Part shown: positions 1 through 9,639 of the stretch, one piece after another
Numbering within the stretch: the first letter of the stretch is position 1
Layout of the letters: every line of letters starts with the position of its first letter
From: Wolbachia endosymbiont of Dirofilaria (Dirofilaria) immitis
GTDB lineage: Bacteria; Pseudomonadota; Alphaproteobacteria; Rickettsiales; Anaplasmataceae
Length of the DNA: 32,000 nt
Reading direction: 5' to 3'
Assembly (NCBI RefSeq): GCF_013365455.1
Contig: NZ_CP046578.1
Coordinates: forward strand, 510,001-542,000
Translations under genes and position numbers: made by a program
The notes under the pieces: generated by a model
Told to the model about the DNA's origin: nothing
Seen by the model: only the letters and a program-made list of their open reading frames with translations
The model's database searches: none

Positions 1-168
1 CAATTCTCGCTTTATAAACTTGTTATTCTCCAAAAAGTTTCTTACTTTTCTAAAAATAATATCCCTTTTAATACTTTTTAACAAAACAGCTAGTTCCTGG
101 ACCATCTCTTCTACTTCCTGCTGTAACAAACCCTGCTGTACTACAAAAGTAAATTCATAAAGACTCAC
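1..168 (-). CDS. rpsF: 30S ribosomal protein S6, N-terminal part (gene runs off the window start)
   Basis: Not in the ORF track. The minus-strand frame from GTG at 166-168 stays open for all 56 codons down to position 1: VSLYEFTFVVQQGLLQQEVEEMVQELAVLLKSIKRDIIF... The N-terminal xLYExxFxxxQ...E pattern resembles bacterial S6. AAGGAAGG (complement of 177-184) sits 8 nt upstream of the start. The second half does not show the usual EYWG motif within the visible part. Confidence 0.55.
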   Translation of the reverse strand, partial: MSLYEFTFVVQQGLLQQEVEEMVQELAVLLKSIKRDIIFRKVRNFLENNKFIKREL

Positions 169-219
169 TATATTTTCCTTCCTTGATGCCGATCAAATTT
201 TCCATTATACAAGGATTTT

Positions 220-3200
220 TCATATAAGCAAGCTATTTGTATTAATCTCCATACCTTTAACCCAGCTTAAATTAGATATTTCACAAGCAATTTGAGGGGT
301 AATTGAATATGTATCCGGCAACAAGATACTTACCTTATACTTTCCACAGAAGAGTTTCAACATTATCTTGGTTCTGCCTCCATTTTTTAACACTGAATTT
401 AGCTCCTTAGCAATTTTTTGCGAGCCTTCATGCCCAGTTAAGACTAACCTCTCAATTATAGAAGTGATTCCATCTGTAAATTCAGATATACCCTTCCCTG
501 CTAATCTTGTAGTACTTTCTGAAGTTTCAAGGTCAATTATAACAAATGTTCCAGGTAAAAATAGATTTCTTTTCCCTTCTATTATTTTATTATTGTAAAA
601 TGCTATTTCAGAAATATTATATGGATCAGAAAGTGTGAGTATAACAAACCTTCCACGCTCTGAGGTTCTCATACGCACGTTTAATACTACACCAGCAGTT
701 TTTGTCGTTCTATTCTCTCCAACAAATCCAATGTTTAATTTTTTTAAAAGAGTTCTAAATTTTTTAAGTGGATGATTAGTTAAGTAAAATCCTAGCGAAA
801 ATAACTCATGCTCTAGTTTCTCTTCTTCATTAAAATCTTTCGTATCCTCAAGCTTCGGCTTTAGGACATCAAGATTATTAAATAAACCAGTTTGGTTTGA
901 CTCCTTATTTTGTCTATTTTTATTTGCAAAGTAAATCAATGTATCTATTGACTCATACAACTGCTTTCTGTTTTGATGTACACTATCAAATACCCCAGCC
1001 TTAATTAGGCTTTCTAGAGCTCTTTTATTTATCACATGCCCAGAATCTTGAATAAATTCCCATATATTCTGATAAGTGCCAGAATTTGTGCCTACTATTC
1101 CTTCTGCTATAGAGAAACCAACATTACGCAAAGCAGCAATACCATAGCGTATATGTTTACCTTCTATTGAAAATAGAGCTTGAGACTTATTTACGTCAGG
1201 TGGAAGAACAATAATTCCACAAAGCTTTGCAGTATGATAAAACAAATTCAGTTTATCCCTATCACCGATATTTAAATTCATCAAGGCTGTAAAAAACTCC
1301 AACGGATAGTTGGCCTTAAGGTAAGCCGTTTGATAAGATATCACTGCATATGCAGCTGCATGAGATTTATTAAATCCATAACCAGCAAATTTCGCAACAA
1401 GATCAAAAATATAACTTGCTCTATTATAATCAACACCATTTTTCATTGCTCCTTGGATAAAAAGTTCACGTTGTTTACCCATCTCTTCCTTGATTTTCTT
1501 ACCCATAGCACGCCTTAGTAGATCTGCCTCAGCTAGGCTGTATCCAGATAGAATACGTGCTATTTCCATTACCTGCTCTTGATAAATTATTACTCCAAAT
1601 GTTTCTTTTAATACTCCCTCAAGTAATGGATGGATATAATCTGGTTTTTCAAGTCCGTGTTTTCTTGCAATATAAGTCGGAATGTTATCCATAGGCCCTG
1701 GGCGATAAAGGGAGATCAAAGCGATAATATCTTCGATACAATCTGGTTTTAACTTGATTAAAGACTCTCTCATCCCAGAACTTTCAAGCTGGAACACTCC
1801 AATCGCATCACCTCTTGAGAGCATTTTATAGGTTCTATGATCATTCAAAGAAACTGAAGAAATATCAATTTTTTTTCCATCACGATCAATTAAACGGCAC
1901 ACATGATCTATTAGCGTCAGCGTGCCAAGACCAAGAAAATCAAACTTTATTAGTCCAGCTTTCTCTACATATTTCATGCTATACTGAGTTATTGGCAGAG
2001 GCGAATTTGGATCATAATAAACAGGAACAAAGTTTTCCAATTTCCGATCACATATGACAATCCCGGCAGCATGAGTCGAAACATGACGATATATTCCCTC
2101 AAGCTTAAGAGAGACATTAAGGAGCTTTGCAATCACCTCATCACTATCTCGTTCTTTCTGCAGATTTTGATCAAGCTTTATTGCTTGTGACAGAGTCACA
2201 GGATTTACCGGATTAAATGGAACCATCTTAGATATTTTATCTACCTGAGCATAAGGCATCTGTAATACTCTTCCAACATCTCGTAGCACAGCCCTTGCCT
2301 GTAATTTTCCAAAGGTAATTATTTGAGCAACATAACCGTACTTCTTTCGAACATAATCAATAACTAAGTCCCTCTTTTCTTGGCAGAAATCAATATCAAA
2401 GTCAGGCATTGACACACGATCAGGGTTTAAAAACCTTTCAAAAATCAGACCAAATTTTGTTGGATCAAGGTCTGTAATCTGCAGCGCCCAAGCAACAATT
2501 GATCCAGCACCAGAACCTCTTCCTGGACCAACTGGAATGCCATTTGCTTTACTCCAGCGGATAAAATCAGAAACTATCAAAAAGTATCCAGAATAATTCA
2601 TTGAAGTTATCACGTTCAGTTCATAATTTAGCCGATCGTAGTACTGTTCAAGGTTTATATCTATTCTATTTGCAATACGCAACTTCAAACCTGTAATCGC
2701 TTGCTCCCTCAGTTCTTCATTCTCAGTTTTATTCTCTCGACAAGGAAACTTAGGCAAAATAGGCTGTCTACTTCTTGGCATGTAAGAACACCGTCTAGCT
2801 ACTACTAAAGTATTATGAATTGCTTCAGGAATATCACTAAATAACTTCTTCATTTCCACCACAGACTTAAAATAATGCTCAGTGGTTGCTTTTTTTCTAT
2901 TCTTCTTAAGAGAATAACTTCCCTCTGATATACACGTTAATATATCATAAGCTTCATAGTCAGACTTATTTAAAAAAAACACGTCATTCGTTGCAACAAG
3001 TGGTATATTGTGCTGGTAAGCAAAGCTTATCAAAGTTCCTTCAAGTTCCAATTTTTTACTAAGTCCATGACGCTGCAATTCAACATATAAACGACCATTA
3101 AATGCTGAAAGCAGCCTTTTTACTGCTTCCCTATCTTGTCTCAATAACAGTTGAGATAATATCCCATCATATCCACCGGTCAAAGTGATCAGACCTGAAC

Positions 3201-3567
3201 TTAAACCTAACAGCTCAGCAAAATCAACATAAGGAACATCATTGCTGCTTTCGCGCTTTCTAAAAGACTCACTTACCAAAGTGACTAAATTGGCATAACC
3301 TTGCTCACTTTTTGCAAGCACCAATATAGGTAAATTTTGTTCTAAGTGCCGAATTATAATATCACATCCTACTATTAGTTGTATACCCATACTTGCCGCA
3401 TATTCTGCAAATTCAAGCGAACCAAATAAGTTACCTGAATCAGTAACTGCAACTGCTGGCATCCTATATTGTAAGCAAAGATCGATAAGTTCCTCAATTT
3501 TAACTGAACTCTCAAGCAACGAATAAATACTGTGAACACGCAAGTGTATAAACATAAAAAACTTCAA
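220..3567 (-). CDS. dnaE: DNA polymerase III alpha subunit
   Basis: 1115-aa ORF with an N-terminal PHP motif (HLRVHSIYSLLES) and polymerase core motifs (GPGRGSGAGSIVAW, PDFDIDF, FGVIIYQEQVM, NKSHAAAYA). Length is typical of DnaE. The track start is TTG at 3567; ATG at 3555 (MFIHLRVHS) is the more likely start. Confidence 0.95.
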   Translation of the reverse strand: MKFFMFIHLRVHSIYSLLESSVKIEELIDLCLQYRMPAVAVTDSGNLFGSLEFAEYAASMGIQLIVGCDIIIRHLEQNLPILVLAKSEQGYANLVTLVSESFRKRESSNDVPYVDFAELLGLSSGLITLTGGYDGILSQLLLRQDREAVKRLLSAFNGRLYVELQRHGLSKKLELEGTLISFAYQHNIPLVATNDVFFLNKSDYEAYDILTCISEGSYSLKKNRKKATTEHYFKSVVEMKKLFSDIPEAIHNTLVVARRCSYMPRSRQPILPKFPCRENKTENEELREQAITGLKLRIANRIDINLEQYYDRLNYELNVITSMNYSGYFLIVSDFIRWSKANGIPVGPGRGSGAGSIVAWALQITDLDPTKFGLIFERFLNPDRVSMPDFDIDFCQEKRDLVIDYVRKKYGYVAQIITFGKLQARAVLRDVGRVLQMPYAQVDKISKMVPFNPVNPVTLSQAIKLDQNLQKERDSDEVIAKLLNVSLKLEGIYRHVSTHAAGIVICDRKLENFVPVYYDPNSPLPITQYSMKYVEKAGLIKFDFLGLGTLTLIDHVCRLIDRDGKKIDISSVSLNDHRTYKMLSRGDAIGVFQLESSGMRESLIKLKPDCIEDIIALISLYRPGPMDNIPTYIARKHGLEKPDYIHPLLEGVLKETFGVIIYQEQVMEIARILSGYSLAEADLLRRAMGKKIKEEMGKQRELFIQGAMKNGVDYNRASYIFDLVAKFAGYGFNKSHAAAYAVISYQTAYLKANYPLEFFTALMNLNIGDRDKLNLFYHTAKLCGIIVLPPDVNKSQALFSIEGKHIRYGIAALRNVGFSIAEGIVGTNSGTYQNIWEFIQDSGHVINKRALESLIKAGVFDSVHQNRKQLYESIDTLIYFANKNRQNKESNQTGLFNNLDVLKPKLEDTKDFNEEEKLEHELFSLGFYLTNHPLKKFRTLLKKLNIGFVGENRTTKTAGVVLNVRMRTSERGRFVILTLSDPYNISEIAFYNNKIIEGKRNLFLPGTFVIIDLETSESTTRLAGKGISEFTDGITSIIERLVLTGHEGSQKIAKELNSVLKNGGRTKIMLKLFCGKYKVSILLPDTYSITPQIACEISNLSWVKGMEINTNSLLI

Positions 3568-4017
3568 GCCAGTAATAAGAGAATACCATTGATTTATCTA
3601 TAAGGATACAATTTCATAGAAACAAAAGCTTACCCAATGTACAATAAAACTCCTTAATAATCTTCAACTCTTTTTTTACCGTATGTACCTTATGCTAACC
3701 CTTCTAAGTCTTCTATATAAGCTAAACATACACTTATAAAGCACTTAAGATAACACAAAAAATAGTACAGGATTAAGAGTAAGAACAAATAATTAGCCAC
3801 TAAAGCTCTTCTTTTACTTTTTTTCTTCGTTTAATAAATTTTTTTAAGCACTCATACTTTGTAGTCCAACAGATACTATCTCAAGTCCAAGTGTTAGGCT
3901 CCAGGAGCTTTTTGAGTTAGTGAAGCATAAAGTAACTACTTCATACAGAAAGTGACCTTTCATAGGAAATTATGACAATCAGTATCAATTACTTAGACGT
4001 AACCTCTCTAGGCTTAT

Positions 4018-4836
4018 TTATTCCATTGTATGCAACTTCAGCTCTTCAATATATAAACTCTCCAACCCTACTTTATAATTAGGGTAAATTAGAGAAATAC
4101 TAAGATCTTTTTTAATTTTAACATTACTCACTTTTTTTGACCCTAAGTAAAAACTTTGTGCATAATCTGGTAAAGAGGAAACTTCTATCGGCTCTGGAAC
4201 GCTAACGTTTAGAAGTTTAGCTGCGTATGTTATCACTTCAGATTGTGTAGCAGGTAAATCGTCTGCACAGTTATATATTTCCCCAGGTTTCATATTTTGC
4301 ATAGAAGAAAATAGAATATTAGATATATCTTCAACATGAATACGAGAAAAAAGATGCCCTTCTCTTTGTACATTTCTTGCTTTATTAAGCCGTAAGTTAA
4401 CTAACATGTTTCTGCCAGGACCATATATTCCAGCTAAACGAAAAATATGCACAGGTAACTTACTATTTAGCCATTTCTTTTCAGATTTAAGGCGGCTTTT
4501 CCCTCTACTTTCTACAGGTTTTGTTTCAGATTCTTCTGTAACCCAATTACCAAAATGATCACCATAGACAATAGTTGCAGATAAATACCCAAGCCATCTA
4601 ATATCTTGAAAGTAATGACCATATCTCTCTAATACGTCATCACCATCCGGTGGAATGGAAACTAAAATATGTGTTACGTTTTGAAATATATCTTTATTTA
4701 TTTTCTCGTAATCAAAGAGATTAATGCTTTGTATGCCTTGATTTCTTGAAGTACCATTAATTTTCCAACCTAAGCCTAGCAAATTTTTTGATAAAAATTT
4801 AGCTACATACCCATACCCAAAGCAAAACAAGCGCAT
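4018..4836 (-). CDS. Rossmann-fold NAD(P)-binding protein, SDR/epimerase-like
   Basis: 272-aa ORF with an N-terminal glycine-rich beta-alpha-beta motif (FGYGYVA) and later GIYGPGR and NCADD segments, as in atypical SDR/NAD-dependent epimerase family proteins of alphaproteobacteria. It lies 5 nt from the esterase gene on the same strand. Confidence 0.6.
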   Translation of the reverse strand: MRLFCFGYGYVAKFLSKNLLGLGWKINGTSRNQGIQSINLFDYEKINKDIFQNVTHILVSIPPDGDDVLERYGHYFQDIRWLGYLSATIVYGDHFGNWVTEESETKPVESRGKSRLKSEKKWLNSKLPVHIFRLAGIYGPGRNMLVNLRLNKARNVQREGHLFSRIHVEDISNILFSSMQNMKPGEIYNCADDLPATQSEVITYAAKLLNVSVPEPIEVSSLPDYAQSFYLGSKKVSNVKIKKDLSISLIYPNYKVGLESLYIEELKLHTME

Positions 4837-4841
4837 GGAAA

Positions 4842-5486
4842 CTAGCTTTTAAAATTTTTCTTAATAAACTCTACACCTAACTTTATCCCCTCCTCGTTGA
4901 TAATATGTCCTAACGCATGAATTGGGTATCCTTCAACATTTACCCCACTTTTCTTTAGAGCTTCAACCATCAAGTTAAGAGAAGAAAAAGGCACTATATC
5001 ATCAGCGTCACCATGAATGACACACACATTAGGTTTTGATTTGATCTTTGGTATAACTTTTGAAGGCAGGAGAAACCTACCAGAATATACAACAACTGAT
5101 GCGCAAGATTGAGGGCGGGCAAGGGCTGTATGTATAGCAAGCATTGCCCCTTGAGAAAATCCAACTAAAGAAAGCTGTATATCTTTTAAGCCAAATTCCC
5201 TCAATTTTGTATCAATAAAATGATTTACTATTAACGTAGCATTTTTTATCCCATTATACAATACTTCCTCACTGTAATCTTCTAAACTAAACCACTGATA
5301 GCCGTCACCTATTTCTCTTTTAAATGGAGCATCTGGTACTATAAAACATGAATCAGGTAAAGACTTGCTCATAACTTTAGCAAGATGAACAAAGTTATCA
5401 CCGCTTGATCCCCAGCCATGCAAACAAACAACCAAATTTTTCTTATTTCCGCTTGCACAAATTTCTGGACCTTTAAGTTCAATCAT
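4842..5486 (-). CDS. phospholipase/carboxylesterase family alpha/beta hydrolase
   Basis: 214-aa ORF with LHGWGSSGDNF, the nucleophile elbow GFSQGAM (GxSxG), then HGDADDIVP and a C-terminal HxI, the Ser-Asp-His layout of the Abhydrolase_2 family. Confidence 0.8.
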   Translation of the reverse strand: MIELKGPEICASGNKKNLVVCLHGWGSSGDNFVHLAKVMSKSLPDSCFIVPDAPFKREIGDGYQWFSLEDYSEEVLYNGIKNATLIVNHFIDTKLREFGLKDIQLSLVGFSQGAMLAIHTALARPQSCASVVVYSGRFLLPSKVIPKIKSKPNVCVIHGDADDIVPFSSLNLMVEALKKSGVNVEGYPIHALGHIINEEGIKLGVEFIKKNFKS

Positions 5487-5645
5487 TCCTTCATTCCTTT
5501 TTTTTGTATTTACACTTTTAATCTAGCATTAGTTTATGCTTTTGTAAAAGCTTATATCTCTATGTCCTCATTTTAATGATAAAAGAAAATTGCATTTGTA
5601 TAACGGTTTATTTAAGTATATATTTTAGTTTACTTAACAAAAACT

Positions 5646-5945
5646 ATGAATATTGATGATGAAGTAGTTTTAAAGATTTACAAACCAACAAAAACTGCAA
5701 CTCAATCTGGTCTAGGCAATACACGCTTTTGGTATCTAAAAACTAAGCCAGATTTCTATTATATTGAGCCTCTAATGGGGTGGGTTGGCTCAAAAAACCC
5801 AAAAAAGCAAATCATATTAAAGTTTAGTTCCCTCGAGCAAGCAATATCTTACGTAAAAAAACGCAACGTTAAATATATAATTGAAATGCCAAAAAGCATT
5901 AGGAGGTTACCAAAATCTTACGCAAGTAATTTTATACCAAAGTAA
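5646..5945 (+). CDS. ETC complex I NDUFS4-like (18 kDa subunit family) small protein
   Basis: 99-aa ORF. IYKPTKTATQSG...PLMGW.GS...L.F.S.E.AI.Y......Y.I..P......PKSYASNF matches the conserved pattern of the alphaproteobacterial/mitochondrial NDUFS4 family. Confidence 0.85.
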   Translation: MNIDDEVVLKIYKPTKTATQSGLGNTRFWYLKTKPDFYYIEPLMGWVGSKNPKKQIILKFSSLEQAISYVKKRNVKYIIEMPKSIRRLPKSYASNFIPK

Positions 5946-7329
5946 GTTTTATTGTAGTTTAAACCTTCCAGTGTCAGTTACTTAAGTGCAAGAAGCAACT
6001 TAATATAAATAATATTTAGTATTCTAATTATAGAGTATACTGCCTTATTAGTAAATTAACTAATACTCTCATCATAATACTGGTTACCTGTAAATTTATT
6101 GTGCGGTTTCTATGAGTAACAAATGAACACCTTTTAAGGATAGTGCTAAGGAAAAATACTTAGCTTTTAAATAACCTTAAAAACATTTACAAAGATACTA
6201 AGAACAGTAACACATCATAATCCTTTTACCAAATATAGTAACCACATTGATAAACCATACGAAATTACTAAGATTGCTTTGCGAAGTTCTGTAACAGCAC
6301 TAGACTATCTTCATACCACCTTCATCATTATCCTATATTGAAGAAAGGAAATGGGATCTAAAATTTGAAATTTACAATTGTAAATGGCAGAAAGAACTAA
6401 ATGAGCTAACATAAATCACTCTGTACACAAAAACTTCTTCAAAAAAAACAAAAGTAGATTTCATAAATAATATGAATTTCTTTATATATTATCAATAATA
6501 GGCTAATAAATGTAGAACTTCAATATACACCATATAAGGAAATTCCTGGCAGCAGCATTAAAGCATATTGGAAGCATTTCTCAGTGTAACCTAAAACTAC
6601 TAATAATAGCACAAGATTAAGAATAGTAACCACTGTTTTAGACAGAGAAGGAAAATACCATCGATTCACTAGACAATAAGGTGTTACAAAAAAAATATAA
6701 TACCTTCCAACATAGAAGAAGCAGAAAAACAATAGTAAGTGAAGTGATATACTATCTAATATACAGATAATACGTCACCATCAAGCGCATTTATTAAACT
6801 TCTTATAAAAGGTCTTATAGATAATAACTAAAAAATTTACTAAAATTAATGACAAACAATTACAAGCCTAGACCTAAAAGATAATACCGACAATAGTAAT
6901 AAAGAATTAACAAAAAAATCTTAGTAACCAGAATAGTAATCAATTAATTTAATATCAGAAGAAGTAGTATTCTATATTAATACTGTTAGAAAGTATAAAT
7001 TACTATTTAATATTTTCATCAACACACTAAACCTTAAATGGAGACCAAAAAGGCGTTTCCTCTCTAACCTTTTTTACTATAACTTCAGATCAAAGTCTTT
7101 TTAACTCTTATTTCCAAAACTTCTATGTGTACTCCACCTAATAGCCCTAAAATTTTGAGCTTATACAGTATTACTTACCTTTTTTAGTCTGATTTTGTAC
7201 TGGCACTTTAAACATCACTCAACTATTTTACTAGATACTATTGGTCAATAGTTACCTTATTTGTTATTCTTCTATAATTTTCTACAAAACCCTAAGAATA
7301 TCCGTACCTTTAAAACCTAAAGCATACAT

Positions 7330-7938
7330 AAAGTGATGAGAGCAAAGTCTTATCATTTTTTTTAAATATTGCAGAGCTGCTACAAGTAGAAAAAATTTTC
7401 ACCAAACCAGGCACAAAATAAATAGTAGAACACCCAACCACTATTGCCTGTCTCAGACCTCTACATAAATGCAAGCCAACCAACACCACACATAAAAATC
7501 ACAATTGTACCAACTAAACAGCTTAAAGAATTTCGTATAAGCAATCTACACTTAGAACTTAACAATTTATCCACCATACCATTACTATAACAGCAGCTAA
7601 AAAGCCAATTAAATATCCACCTATTGCCCCAAGAAGAGTAAAATAATCAACAGGAAAATCTACAAAAATGGGAAACCATGACACACTAAGCAATATATAC
7701 ACAAGCACAGAATAAAATGCTGTTTTGTGATCAAATCTGAGCCCAATGAGCACATCACTCCTAAACTTTGCAGTGTGATAGGTACGGGATGAAGAGGTAT
7801 GCATATTTGACTCATTAGAAATAAGAGTAAAACGCAAGAGAAAATTTTAACTAATATTAACTTACTGCTAGGTTGTGTATAAACATGCCTATCAAAATAA
7901 AACACGTTTATACTAATTATATTTATAGAATTCTGCAA
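7330..7938 (-). pseudogene. bioY: biotin transporter BioY (ECF S-component) pseudogene, multiply frameshifted
   Basis: Track ORFs 7660-7938 and 7559-7837 are in different frames. They carry IPLHPVPITLQSLGV and then LIGLRFDHKTAFYSVLVYILL...GAIGGYLIGFLAAV, the two BioY hallmark motifs. The frame changes near 7750-7756. After TAA at 7559-7561 a third frame reads LSCLVGTIVIFMCGVGWLAFM, then TAG at 7461-7463. A fourth frame reads YFVPGLVKIF... Confidence 0.75.
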
Positions 7939-7993
7939 TTCAAATTTTGCTTACATTGTGTTACAATAAATTAATTTATATACTTAAATAGAA

Positions 7994-8551
7994 ATGATGA
8001 ATACACAAGATTTATTGGCATTGATGAAAATAAGACACAGTGGGTGTTTATATGATCCAGATAAAGTAGTAAATCAAGAAAAGATCAATGCTTTAATAGA
8101 AGCAGCTCGGCTTTCTCCTTCATGTTTTGGTGATGAACCTTGGAGATATATAATATGTAATAAGCAAAGTAATCAAAATTCATGGAAAAAATTACTGAGT
8201 TGCCTTGATGAATCTAATCAAAAGTGGGCAAAAAAAGCACAAGTATTGATCATATCATTAAGTGCTAAAAATTTCCGGAAGCTAGATAAAGGAAAAAATT
8301 TTTGGGCTAAGCACGACACCGGTGCAGCAAATTATGCGCTTATGTTACAGGCCGCATCGACAAACTTAATGGCACATCAAGTAGGCGGATTCGATAGAAA
8401 CAAGATAGTAAAAAGATTCAATATACCTAATGATTTCAACATAACATCAGTAATAGCAGTTGGTTACGAAGAAGAAGGCACTGAAGTTCAGGAAAAAAAA
8501 AGAAGGCCAATAGAGGAAATATTCTTTTACGATGAGTGGCCATTGAGCTAA
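7994..8551 (+). CDS. nitroreductase family protein
   Basis: 185-aa ORF with an N-terminal RHS...D motif, SPSxxxxxPW, and the C-terminal HQVGGF...F.IP......VIAVGY pattern typical of the NAD(P)H nitroreductase fold. Confidence 0.8.
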   Translation: MMNTQDLLALMKIRHSGCLYDPDKVVNQEKINALIEAARLSPSCFGDEPWRYIICNKQSNQNSWKKLLSCLDESNQKWAKKAQVLIISLSAKNFRKLDKGKNFWAKHDTGAANYALMLQAASTNLMAHQVGGFDRNKIVKRFNIPNDFNITSVIAVGYEEEGTEVQEKKRRPIEEIFFYDEWPLS

Positions 8552-9639
8552 CTTGATCACTCTTCTTCAGCACCATAAAATATAGTTGTTTGGTAAGTAG
8601 GTTTTTCTTATTTTCAAACTCATAATTTATGCTATTCTATATAGCTTAGTAAAAGTCATAAAGAGCAGAATGCCAACTGCTTCATTAAGAATGGGGAAGA
8701 GATTTTCAGATAGTATTTAAGTACTTTTGAACAGCAATGTCATCAAATCCTTCAACAAAAATCTTATAACTTACATATTATACTTCCCTTAAAAAACTTT
8801 TATGGGTCCCACACGCATGGTTTAACTTACCTTTACTCTCCAATACTCTACTCTATTTCTATCATATTGGAAAACTGAATATATCTTGATAAGAAAATCT
8901 TTCCCAGTTTAATTTTAAGTTTGTATAAGCAAAAGGTTTGTACATATAGTAAATAAAAAATATTTTAATTACCAATTGGTTCAGTTCATTAAAAGTACTG
9001 AGACCAGTATAACTACTGCTACCAAAACTATAGTTGTTTCTTAGTCAACTTTGCGAATGCTTCTGGTAAAGATTATAAAACTAAACAGATGATTTTAGAC
9101 TCCATCTCAGTAGCTTACCTAATAGTATCGAGCTGAGTGCCAAATAGTCCTCCTAAGATATTGAATCAATAATAGCGTGATGTTTTTTTTTAAGCCTTCT
9201 TACAAAGCATTGCTAAAGCTTTTTTATTTTTGAAAACCTCAACTTAGTATAGTTGTAAATCATATTTACTATTATTACTTCTCCTTCTACTTCAATCTAG
9301 ACCAGTTGAGCATTACCAGCACTACTAGTATTTTTTATTGATTAAAAAACACCTAAAGTATTTTTAAGTACTCCCAGATCTTTAGAAACCATATCCAACA
9401 ATATAATCTATATTACCAAAAGAAAAAGTTATATTGCGTGTAGTTTCAAATTTATCAAGAGTAGGATAAATAAAGCCAATTTTACACTTCTTACCTCTTT
9501 CCTTTTTAACCTAAGTCCAACTGAAAGATAATTTTATTGTTGCTTGATATTAATTCAACATCCATACTACAAAAAACTTCAGTGTATAAAAACAGCTGCA
9601 ACCAGAAAAGAAATTTTTGTTTATATAGTCTTTACTATA

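Noticed and set aside
368-2057. Three plus-strand track ORFs (368-598, 1330-1518, 1815-2057)
   Set aside because: They lie entirely antisense inside the well-supported dnaE ORF. The sequences are low-complexity with no recognisable motifs, typical shadow ORFs.
6370-6385. Perfect 16-bp palindrome ATTTACAATTGTAAAT
   Set aside because: At this AT content, about one perfect 16-bp palindrome is expected by chance in 32 kb (my rough estimate). There is no adjacent gene start and no match to a binding-site consensus I recognise.
6520-6732. 70-aa hydrophobic minus-strand ORF as a real gene
   Set aside because: It has no start context or recognisable family, and it lies in T-rich (minus-strand) DNA that yields Phe/Leu/Ile/Val-rich ORFs by composition. 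At most it is a fragment of a decayed membrane-protein gene, so I kept it only as context for the spacer finding.
7567-7575. DnaA-box-like TTATCCACC
   Set aside because: It lies inside the bioY relic with no partner boxes or replication-related context. I kept it only as a control showing such near-consensus sites occur by chance.
9544-9639. 32-codon N-terminal extension of dapF from TTG 9544
   Set aside because: The extension (MILIQHPYYKKLQCIK...) has no DapF similarity. The canonical N-terminus (..KMHGTGNNFVIID) begins just after ATG 9640.
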